Shown here one piece after another: positions 28,237-36,418 of a stretch of 64,000 bases of DNA. The stretch comes from a virus: the IMG/VR virus record IMGVR_UViG_3300035670_000089, positions 33,571-97,570 of that record; one strand, 5' to 3'. The number at the start of each line of letters is the position of its first letter. Positions within the stretch are counted from its first letter, which is position 1. A program made the position numbers and the translations under genes. The notes beneath the pieces were generated by a model. It did not search any database. It was not told the origin of the DNA and saw only the letters and a program-made list of their open reading frames with translations.

Positions 28237-28950
28237 CTAACCCACAATAGAAGAGTCATTACCGATACCGATATCCACGGCGCTAGGATCATAAGGGTTA
28301 GATAATACGGAGTCGTTAGCTGATCCCCAAAGAGGATCATTCCCTCCAAAAGGATCATCCGCGGGTGTAACCACATCGCCCCATAGTGGATCATTCTCTC
28401 CTCCATCTCCCCAGAGAGGTTCTTCCCCAGGCTCGAAGTTAGGTAAAGTATCTGTTCCGCCAGAACCGTCAGTAGTATCCTGACCGTCCCCGTCTCCATC
28501 ATCCCCTCCGTTGTCGTTTAAACTCTTCGTTAAAGCCGCCACCCATCTCTCTAATACAGGAATCTCAGACTCGACATGTACATCCCTAACCTGGGATAAA
28601 AACCCGTTGACCCGACCGGTCTGTTCTTCACGCGCACCATCAACCCGAGCTTTATTAAAATTACTGTCGTACTCAGAGTCCTTCAATATATGCCTACTTA
28701 ACCCCGCCGCCGCCCATCTATCAGCTTCAGAGCCTCTTGGGACTCTGCTATAATTGAGTACGTTAATATTAAAATAATCCTCAACAAGATTATTAGAAAG
28801 TTGTTTAACCTGAGCTTGAGGGTCAGCGGGAGGAGTACCTGTCTCAGTAACTTGAGAGTTAGAATGATTAGACAAAGCCTGCAATTCCTCTCGAGAAATT
28901 GTAGACTTATCGATGTTGTCCGTAGTAGCGACATAGGCAGAATAAGTCAA
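28237..28950 (-). CDS. Hypothetical protein with acidic C-terminal PLWG repeats
   Basis: 237-aa ORF; EPLWGD, DPLWGD, DPLWGS. Confidence 0.55.
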   Translation of the reverse strand: MTYSAYVATTDNIDKSTISREELQALSNHSNSQVTETGTPPADPQAQVKQLSNNLVEDYFNINVLNYSRVPRGSEADRWAAAGLSRHILKDSEYDSNFNKARVDGAREEQTGRVNGFLSQVRDVHVESEIPVLERWVAALTKSLNDNGGDDGDGDGQDTTDGSGGTDTLPNFEPGEEPLWGDGGENDPLWGDVVTPADDPFGGNDPLWGSANDSVLSNPYDPSAVDIGIGNDSSIVG

Positions 28951-30365
28951 GGTAATACCTCCAAAAGCTTAACTCCGGTGTTATTCGTCTCATAGAAGAT
29001 TTCCGCAGGTTCCCCATCTTTACCCGCTGTCCGCACCACCCGGTCTCGTAAGATACTCCCCCCAGTAAAGCGAGTAACATCAAAGACAATACTATCCCCT
29101 ATATAACTCCGCGCTTTCAAAACAATACTCTCACTACCCACCGTTGAGATGTTAGACAACGCTTGATACCGTAAATCACCTATCCTCGGTATCATATCCA
29201 CCTTAATATCCCCAATACTCCCAAACTCTCCATTTATCACTTCTCCTAATCTCCCTGACTCTGTTTTCCCTATTACCTCACTCCCCGAACTCTCTAACCA
29301 GGGCAACAATAACCTCAACATATTATTCGCATTCTCTTCAGCGCTGTATACATAATTCGCTATTTGTAGAGCTTTAAAGCCGTCGTAGGATAAGGCCAGG
29401 GCTTTAGCGACGTTATACTTCAACTCCGCGTATTGGGAATACTCTTTAAGAAATATCTGTAAATCTGTAAAGAGAATATTTGGAGGTAAGGTATTCAAGA
29501 CCTGAGCTGCCTTTACCAAACCTTCTATAACTAAAGCCTGGAATAACATCCTCACTCCCAACGGTTTAGCTATAGAGAGAACCCCCTTAGCCGCTTTACG
29601 AAGTGTTTCGATTCTTACTTGGTCATCTCCAAAAGCCGCGATTAATATAGTAAGAAGTTCCTCCGGATAATTACCAAATAACACCCGCAAGGAAAGAGAA
29701 GAGGCATCCTGTAGTTCAACCCCATTTCGTCTTGCGTACAGTTTAGCTGCATACCTAGAGTCTTCCGGGTCAGTAACGGACAATAAATCTCGAAAGGCGT
29801 TTAACGCCGAGTTATCAAATGAACTGTCTAGCCTCAATATATTCTTAATCCCTTGCAGTCTAGTTTGGGGACTATCCGCCGTGCGATAACCTTGAAAGTT
29901 CCAAAAGACTTCTACAAGTCGAGAGAACATCTCTACCGGGTGCCCCTTCAGATTACTGTATAAGAAGTTAAAGGCAAAGGTTCCGAGGTGCCCGGCGTAG
30001 GTGAAATCTACATTGTCGGTATAGTCCTTCATCAAGTAAGGCCAATACTTCTTCATCTCTAACTCCGATAACGCCTTGTCAACATGCGGCGTCAATTCGG
30101 ATTGAGATGTATCTGTATACATAACACTCTGTAATGAGTGGTAAATGACTTGAGTTACAAGATAATCCCTGTAGTGAAGAACGGTCTTCGTTCTAGCTTT
30201 AGAGTAAGAATCAGAGTACTCCTTCATCAGAGTCATCAGATTAGTCTGCCCTGCCAGGATGTGAAATATATACTGGCGGTACGTTAAAAACTCCCTATGG
30301 TTTGTCCAACCATACTTAAGGAACCAAGGAGGGATAGGTAAGTGGGATAACAGTTTAGTCTGCAT
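28947..30365 (-). CDS. Hypothetical protein
   Basis: 472-aa ORF overlapping both neighbours (translational coupling). Confidence 0.6.
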   Translation of the reverse strand: MQTKLLSHLPIPPWFLKYGWTNHREFLTYRQYIFHILAGQTNLMTLMKEYSDSYSKARTKTVLHYRDYLVTQVIYHSLQSVMYTDTSQSELTPHVDKALSELEMKKYWPYLMKDYTDNVDFTYAGHLGTFAFNFLYSNLKGHPVEMFSRLVEVFWNFQGYRTADSPQTRLQGIKNILRLDSSFDNSALNAFRDLLSVTDPEDSRYAAKLYARRNGVELQDASSLSLRVLFGNYPEELLTILIAAFGDDQVRIETLRKAAKGVLSIAKPLGVRMLFQALVIEGLVKAAQVLNTLPPNILFTDLQIFLKEYSQYAELKYNVAKALALSYDGFKALQIANYVYSAEENANNMLRLLLPWLESSGSEVIGKTESGRLGEVINGEFGSIGDIKVDMIPRIGDLRYQALSNISTVGSESIVLKARSYIGDSIVFDVTRFTGGSILRDRVVRTAGKDGEPAEIFYETNNTGVKLLEVLP

Positions 30366-31011
30366 TGGTCTTTATGTATTTTTGAGTAAAGTGAGGGTCA
30401 GCGCCCAAGGGGTAATCATCAAAAGCAATAGCGACCCAAGTTTTTATATCCCGCCACTTAGAACTATAATCTGTCAAATCCTCCCCACTAAGTCTCTGAT
30501 AAATCTCTCGGATAAAATACAAAACATTCCGCTGCTTTAAGTACCTCATCTGGTTCGCAAATATCGGCTCCGCCGTCGCTACCCAATCTAAAAATTTATA
30601 CGGGTCCTGAATAAACTCTAAATAATCCACCGCAGGATACCCTAACCACTCGATAAGCTCCAAGTAATTATCATTATCCAAATTAGAAAATACCCGCACT
30701 AGATTTCCATACCCACTCGTAAACCTCAACGCCGTCTCACTCAACTTCACGGTCGCAGTACTGTACGTATACACCTGCATCAGGAGTAAGAAAGCGATGG
30801 AGGACGTAGCGATACCGTGATTAGTGGAGACGCGAACGGTCTCTAATAAGGACGCTAGGTTATTCTGCTCTAATGTGTCCCGCAGATGTTTAACCAATAC
30901 TTCCGCGTTGGGTATACCCAACTCTGACAGAATACTACTGATACCCGCGGAGCGGTCACTCTCAAAAAGTAAGTTATTACTCGATAAAACCAGCCGTGGC
31001 TTAAGTTTCAT
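30355..31011 (-). CDS. Hypothetical protein
   Basis: 218-aa helical ORF in the operon. Confidence 0.6.
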   Translation of the reverse strand: MKLKPRLVLSSNNLLFESDRSAGISSILSELGIPNAEVLVKHLRDTLEQNNLASLLETVRVSTNHGIATSSIAFLLLMQVYTYSTATVKLSETALRFTSGYGNLVRVFSNLDNDNYLELIEWLGYPAVDYLEFIQDPYKFLDWVATAEPIFANQMRYLKQRNVLYFIREIYQRLSGEDLTDYSSKWRDIKTWVAIAFDDYPLGADPHFTQKYIKTNAD

Positions 31012-31024
31012 AATATATCCTCGG

Positions 31025-32374
31025 TTAAGCTACATCTGGATTAGGATTAACATCCCCGGTATACTCACTAGGCTCCGGATCCCCCCAAAGAGGAGGAGCG
31101 CCCGGTTTAGAAGAATTGATGGGAGGAGTACCCGGGATAGGTCCATTCTTACAACTCTCGTTGATATTGAGGGATTTATCCGGAGAAGGTTTCTTAATAG
31201 CTTGTCCTAGTAGGCCTCCTATATTTAAGGACTTATATAGAGACCGCGCTAAACTTCCCAATGGCCCCGGCAACTTCCCAATCGCTTGGTTTACATAGCC
31301 GTCGAGTATCCCTATCCCCATACCTAACAATGCGTTCGCATCAAAGTTTACGTCCCCAGTGCTGAAGTCGAAACTAAGAGGGCCTAACTTTACACTCGGC
31401 AACAGCGTATTCTTATCCAACGACACCGCTATCTTAAAACCAAACGGCATCTGTCTATTTATAGAATCCACCCCACCCCTTATCTCCGGTAATACCGCTC
31501 TTCTTAATATATCCTTACCTACATTTACAACACTATGCTCCTTATCCCCAACCTTTACGATAATATCCCCGCCCTCATTTCTTACACTTAACTCCGGTAG
31601 TACTTGAAAACTACTGCCGTTTTCTAAATCGTCAAAATCGACGACTATATCTCCAAAGGAGAGACCTATGGAGTTAATACTGAGTTGCAGGAAGTCGGGA
31701 AGAACATCATTAACCGCATCGATTCCTTCTTGGGCTAAAGCATCGAAGATAGAGCCGTCGAGAGAAAGAGTATTTGTTTGGGGGTCAAAACCCACCGGGC
31801 CGACCGAGACTCCATCAATAGTTACGTTACCCTCGGCGTCCGTCGATACCCCGACATTCATTTTGAAGCCGTTGGGGAGTAACTTATTAATCTGCTCCAG
31901 CGCGAAATCAATACCTATATCGATAAGATCATTAAGGAAACCTTGAAAAGCTTTTTGTACCTTCTGCTCGATTCCGTCTACATTATTTTTAATACAATTC
32001 TCTTTTTCCCGTTCTGCCTCTAAACTTTCCTTAAGCGCCTCTAATGTCTCAAGCGCCGCATCCGAAGCAGCTTCGACTATAACCTGCGACGCTTCAGCGA
32101 TGGGGTTAAAAGTATACATAGGGTAGAGAGTTCTACCCTCCAGAATGAATTCTTTAAACTTAAGTTCTAGAGTAGCCTGAGCAATCTTAGCGGCGGGATT
32201 ATCAAAGTTGATACCCGTCGTAACGACTTGGTTATAGTTTTGATACCCGGTTTGGACATAAGGAGTATGGACGACATGGTCGCCGTTAGGATTCTCTTTT
32301 TGTACATACCCCTGGTGTATAACTTCCGGGATTCTATTTTGTAAAGGAATATTGGTATTGATCGCCATACTCAT
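31025..32374 (-). CDS. Hypothetical spike-associated protein with internal repeats
   Basis: Repeated units INKLLPNGF / VNDVLPDFL / INRQMPFGF, with GPVGFD / GPLSFD; directly follows the OB-fold spike gene. Confidence 0.55.
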   Translation of the reverse strand: MSMAINTNIPLQNRIPEVIHQGYVQKENPNGDHVVHTPYVQTGYQNYNQVVTTGINFDNPAAKIAQATLELKFKEFILEGRTLYPMYTFNPIAEASQVIVEAASDAALETLEALKESLEAEREKENCIKNNVDGIEQKVQKAFQGFLNDLIDIGIDFALEQINKLLPNGFKMNVGVSTDAEGNVTIDGVSVGPVGFDPQTNTLSLDGSIFDALAQEGIDAVNDVLPDFLQLSINSIGLSFGDIVVDFDDLENGSSFQVLPELSVRNEGGDIIVKVGDKEHSVVNVGKDILRRAVLPEIRGGVDSINRQMPFGFKIAVSLDKNTLLPSVKLGPLSFDFSTGDVNFDANALLGMGIGILDGYVNQAIGKLPGPLGSLARSLYKSLNIGGLLGQAIKKPSPDKSLNINESCKNGPIPGTPPINSSKPGAPPLWGDPEPSEYTGDVNPNPDVA

Positions 32375-32380
32375 CCTCTA

Positions 32381-32875
32381 TTAAGGTAAAAAGACGGGAT
32401 GGATATGCGTTGTCGTAAAACCTAACCACCGCGCAGACTCAAGAGTAACGGAAGATGGCGCGGGGTGCAGTCTAGTCCCGTTAGGAGTATTATTGTAAGC
32501 TTGCGGCAAAGGATAGTCTTCTTCAGAGAGGAACTCTTCAACTAGACCTTTACTACTTACTAAACGATTAATAATGTAGGGACGAGAGTCCGAGCCGTAT
32601 TTATAACCAATAATGACTCTATCCCCGGGGAAGAACGGGTAGTATGCCCCACATCCATTTATCGACGCATGGTTAGTGGAAGTAGACTCAACCAGAAGAG
32701 TTTCATTCGTTTGTTGTACATAGACCATTAATTTACAACAATAATTCTCGGCTGGGCCTACTTGTACCACAATACCCTCTCGAGTAGAATTTACCTTCGT
32801 AGTATGGTACGCCATACTGTTATGCGCAGGTTGACGATACGAAGATACATTTTGAGCGGTATTGGAGTAGGACAT
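32381..32875 (-). CDS. gp5/gpV-type baseplate spike OB-fold domain
   Basis: EGIVVQV...GAYYPFFPGDRVIIGYKYGSDSRPYII, typical of the gp5 OB fold; follows the hub gene. Confidence 0.75.
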   Translation of the reverse strand: MSYSNTAQNVSSYRQPAHNSMAYHTTKVNSTREGIVVQVGPAENYCCKLMVYVQQTNETLLVESTSTNHASINGCGAYYPFFPGDRVIIGYKYGSDSRPYIINRLVSSKGLVEEFLSEEDYPLPQAYNNTPNGTRLHPAPSSVTLESARWLGFTTTHIHPVFLP

Positions 32876-32883
32876 ACGTTCAA

Positions 32884-35271
32884 CTAGGTTGGGGCTAATA
32901 GAGCCACTTCAGTCTTGAAGCCTTCCCCAGGATTTTCGTTAAACTTGTGGATTACAGCTTCAACACGCCATATACTTTTGGGCTCTTCCACCTCTATCTT
33001 ACCTACGTTATAATTCCCGTTATTAAATTTATACGGGCACATAAGTTGCGCGTTGTACTGCGCATCTCCAGTTCTATCAATAATAGATGCAAACGCACCG
33101 CTGGGTGTAATCACCTTATCTCCCTCTCCCGATTGAGTCGCTGTAGACGAGGTAGCAGTCTTTTCTGTATATAAACCACTTAAGACTTTCTCCGCATACT
33201 CCTCCTGAGTTAGAGTTCCCTGCTCCAATGCAGACTTTAAAGCATCCGGTAGATCCTCTTTAGATACATTTAAAGAATCTGCTAAGAATGTCGCTAACCT
33301 CTCCTCTACAGAAATTTTAGACGGACTATTAAGAATATCGCGAATGACTCTCTCCGACGTTTGCAGAACTCTCTTTAGTTGTTCATTCACTACGTCATTA
33401 TTATTCTCATCCTTAGATGTAATAACCGTCTCATTAGGTTCAAACGTAGTCTCGTCTGGAGACGTCACACTACCCGTACTAGGAGTAGGTGCAGTTGGAG
33501 CCGTCGGAGTAGTTGGGGGCGTCGGAGTAGTAGGCGTAGTCGGAGGACTAGAAACCGAAGGAGATTTTTGCTGCAGCTCTTTTAAAGCCTCCATCATCTT
33601 CTTGTACATATTACTGTATTGGTCAACCGCGTCCGCCCTATCTTTTTCCAAACTTAATTTAGACACAGCATTTAAAGGTGAGCCTATAACCTGCACTGCC
33701 TCTCCAGGGCACATCGTAGGGTCTCCTATTATGTGCATCGTCGCCGCACGCAACTCTTTCCCGTATAACCGAGCGAAAGCCATTGCAGTCCCAACCAACT
33801 CCCATCTATCCTGTATAGTCTTATCTGTAACGGTGTAATAAGTACAAGCAAACCTGCGTCCTTTTAACCAAGGTGGAACAACTTTAAGATGGAGAGCTTG
33901 ACTACTACTCTGATTTATACCCTCTTGATTCTGCACAATAATATTGCTCCGCCAGTTAATACTACTAGATTCTTCACGGAACAATAACATTGCTTGACAG
34001 GGATGGATGTATTTAAACTGCGAATCCTCTGTTGTAGAATAGTTTTTCTCGTATATGAACTTAGTATTGTCCTCCCTATACACATAAGTCCGGTAGAACC
34101 GTTTGGGGTCTTCTAGACCAGTCAAGTCGAGTTCTCTCGGCGCATACCAAAATTCTCCGCTGCGATGGTCAACAAATACTTCTGTAGGCCAAGGTTCCTG
34201 AAGAGCTAGGAACTTAATAAACTCGAGAGCAACGCGGTCCGTAACTTGATTCGCCATACCGGCGAAACTCTCTTCGTTTACATTGAAAGGACGCCGCCCA
34301 GTAATAATATTGAAAAGAGGATTCTTTGCCGAAAGGTCCACCGAAGGAGTAGTTACTACTCCACCTATAAAAGGAGCGCCAAGTTCTTTACCGTAATAGG
34401 AACGGGAGGAATCGGCTTCCTTATTGTAAATACTCTCCGCGTTATCCTCTGCTGGATTACTAAAACCTTCAATAGGAGGAGCTTTCTCTTTTCCCGTGGA
34501 ATCGGGTAGTCCTTCAGTTAAGTCTTCAACATAGCCCCCTTCAATAACCGACCCACATACGGAATCACATCTGGGTTCATTCACCGTATTACCACCGCTA
34601 CCACTGTTTATAGAAGCTGCTCCATCTAAATTACCTATAGATCTCTTCGCTACCTCTAATATCACATTGGGTCTTCTGAGTAACTGTGCGTCTTTGTTTT
34701 CTCTTATGTAATTAGAGTCCGTTGTATTATACGTCCCTAAAGAATCCATAAGATACTTCATCCGATCGCGGCATTGAATCATCATCGTTGTTCCCATATT
34801 CGTCGTTCCGGAAACAACAACGGTATCGATAACCCCCACGAAACAGCGGAACAATTTATGGGTCAATAAATCGCGCAACACCGCCGGGCGGACATTGTCG
34901 ATGTACCCCGCCCAGATACAAATCTCATCATTCTTATCCAGCGGTGGCGGGGTTACTCCAAAATTATCTTTACCCCCTAACAAGGGTCTATATACATACC
35001 CGGGTAGGTCTGGGTAGTCTTTGTCCCGACTTTCATTCTGCATCGCTAAGACAAGCATAGCGGTTGAAGCAGACCAGAAGCGGCTTATAGTAATTCTTCC
35101 GCTAGTAATTACCCAAGAGTTAGAACTGGTTGTGGCGTAATTAACTCGGTTGGAGAGGATAATCTCTCCGGACATATCGGTAACAATCCAAACCGGGGTG
35201 GCCCCTTGACGCTTTTGATGGCACTCTGCGCCTAAGTCCGGTCCGCCTTGATCCTTAAAAGCAATTTCCAT
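32884..35271 (-). CDS. Baseplate hub protein (gp27/gpD-like)
   Basis: FVGVIDTV...MIQCRDRMKYL, EVFVD...GEFWYAP, IIGDPTMCPGEAV...WRVEAVIHKF...GFKTEV. Confidence 0.78.
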   Translation of the reverse strand: MEIAFKDQGGPDLGAECHQKRQGATPVWIVTDMSGEIILSNRVNYATTSSNSWVITSGRITISRFWSASTAMLVLAMQNESRDKDYPDLPGYVYRPLLGGKDNFGVTPPPLDKNDEICIWAGYIDNVRPAVLRDLLTHKLFRCFVGVIDTVVVSGTTNMGTTMMIQCRDRMKYLMDSLGTYNTTDSNYIRENKDAQLLRRPNVILEVAKRSIGNLDGAASINSGSGGNTVNEPRCDSVCGSVIEGGYVEDLTEGLPDSTGKEKAPPIEGFSNPAEDNAESIYNKEADSSRSYYGKELGAPFIGGVVTTPSVDLSAKNPLFNIITGRRPFNVNEESFAGMANQVTDRVALEFIKFLALQEPWPTEVFVDHRSGEFWYAPRELDLTGLEDPKRFYRTYVYREDNTKFIYEKNYSTTEDSQFKYIHPCQAMLLFREESSSINWRSNIIVQNQEGINQSSSQALHLKVVPPWLKGRRFACTYYTVTDKTIQDRWELVGTAMAFARLYGKELRAATMHIIGDPTMCPGEAVQVIGSPLNAVSKLSLEKDRADAVDQYSNMYKKMMEALKELQQKSPSVSSPPTTPTTPTPPTTPTAPTAPTPSTGSVTSPDETTFEPNETVITSKDENNNDVVNEQLKRVLQTSERVIRDILNSPSKISVEERLATFLADSLNVSKEDLPDALKSALEQGTLTQEEYAEKVLSGLYTEKTATSSTATQSGEGDKVITPSGAFASIIDRTGDAQYNAQLMCPYKFNNGNYNVGKIEVEEPKSIWRVEAVIHKFNENPGEGFKTEVALLAPT

Positions 35272-35285
35272 ATATACCTAAACAT

Positions 35286-35308
35286 AAAAAGAGGAGCGTA
35301 AGCTCCTC
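35286..35308 (-). terminator. Intrinsic terminator after the tail tube gene
   Basis: Minus strand reads GAGGAGC-TTAC-GCTCCTC-TTTTT, about 40 nt downstream of the tube stop. Confidence 0.75.
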
Positions 35309-35347
35309 CAAATTATACATTACGAGACATTGAGAGTAATGAATACT

Positions 35348-36352
35348 CTAGGGTTGAGGTCCGACCACAGGGCCTTGAACATCTGGTACAGCGTCCTGAA
35401 GAGAAACGAAAGTAATACCACCAACTCCAGGTCTATTTGCATCACCAATCCGACTCTCCTCAATACCTAAACCGTAGCCGGTATAGCCTTCGACAGGAGT
35501 AGAAGTCCAGGCATCTTCAAAGGACGTACCATTTCCATTTTCCTGAACGATAAAGCTAGCGCCGGGGTCAACCGCCCAAGTAGGACGATTGGGAAGAGGT
35601 AGTTTGAGTTTGACGTCTTGGTAAATACCTTCAAAGCCGTTGTCGATGTTGGCGTTAACGTTCCGAGGTAGAACAGCTTTATCCACAATGGGTTTCTCAA
35701 GTTTTTCCATATACCACGTTTCAGCAAGGCCCTCAATCCGATCCGCGATAACGGAACGACCCGCCATGATACCCGTGGTGTAGGCGTCTACTTTACAGAA
35801 GCCGAAGACATAACGACAACGCGCCAGACGAGCAAACTGTAATTTCTTAGTACCCTCGGCACCAACAGTGGTGGCGGGGCCATAGAGATCGGCGGTTAAT
35901 AAATCGTTAGTATTGCTATAACGATTATTTCCTCCATCTGCATCGTCCTCAATCGTGTTATCGCTTTCTTGCAGTTCTTCTGCGTTATACTCCACAACGA
36001 TTTGGAAACGAGGAGAGCGACCAATCCGAAGAGCGGGACCTAAGTAAGAGAAACCCATAACGTGTTTAATCGCGTCGAGGTTTACTTTCCCTTGTTCCGC
36101 CGTCCAACCGATTTGGAACTCACCGTCTAAGTATTGCAGAGAGCGATGTCCTAAGGGGAGATAAGGTTCAGTGGCGTTACGAATAACGTGTTGGAAACCT
36201 GTAAACTCACCCATAGGGATAAGAGAACCGGTGGCTTGGTCTTGGATATAGACTACAACGTCCATACCTTGGAGAGGTTGTCTTCTCCCATTATTGACGG
36301 CAGGGCCCACCAAGTCCGACGCCGCCCAATATTTACCCATATCTACTGCCAT
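35348..36352 (-). CDS. Tail tube protein with C-terminal extension
   Basis: Directly downstream of the sheath; GEFTGF...EPYLPLG...GEFQIGW...RFQIVV...FCKVDAY...IEGLAE fits the myovirus tube fold. Confidence 0.75.
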   Translation of the reverse strand: MAVDMGKYWAASDLVGPAVNNGRRQPLQGMDVVVYIQDQATGSLIPMGEFTGFQHVIRNATEPYLPLGHRSLQYLDGEFQIGWTAEQGKVNLDAIKHVMGFSYLGPALRIGRSPRFQIVVEYNAEELQESDNTIEDDADGGNNRYSNTNDLLTADLYGPATTVGAEGTKKLQFARLARCRYVFGFCKVDAYTTGIMAGRSVIADRIEGLAETWYMEKLEKPIVDKAVLPRNVNANIDNGFEGIYQDVKLKLPLPNRPTWAVDPGASFIVQENGNGTSFEDAWTSTPVEGYTGYGLGIEESRIGDANRPGVGGITFVSLQDAVPDVQGPVVGPQP

Positions 36353-36383
36353 GATTTTTCTCCTTTTAAAAGGTTTGTCATCC

Positions 36384-36407
36384 CTAGTCCGGAGTAATCC
36401 GGACTAG
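36384..36407. other. Perfect 10-bp inverted repeat (hairpin) between sheath and tube
   Basis: CTAGTCCGGA-GTAA-TCCGGACTAG; no U-tract on the coding strand. Confidence 0.7.
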
Positions 36408-36418
36408 AGATAAAGGAA

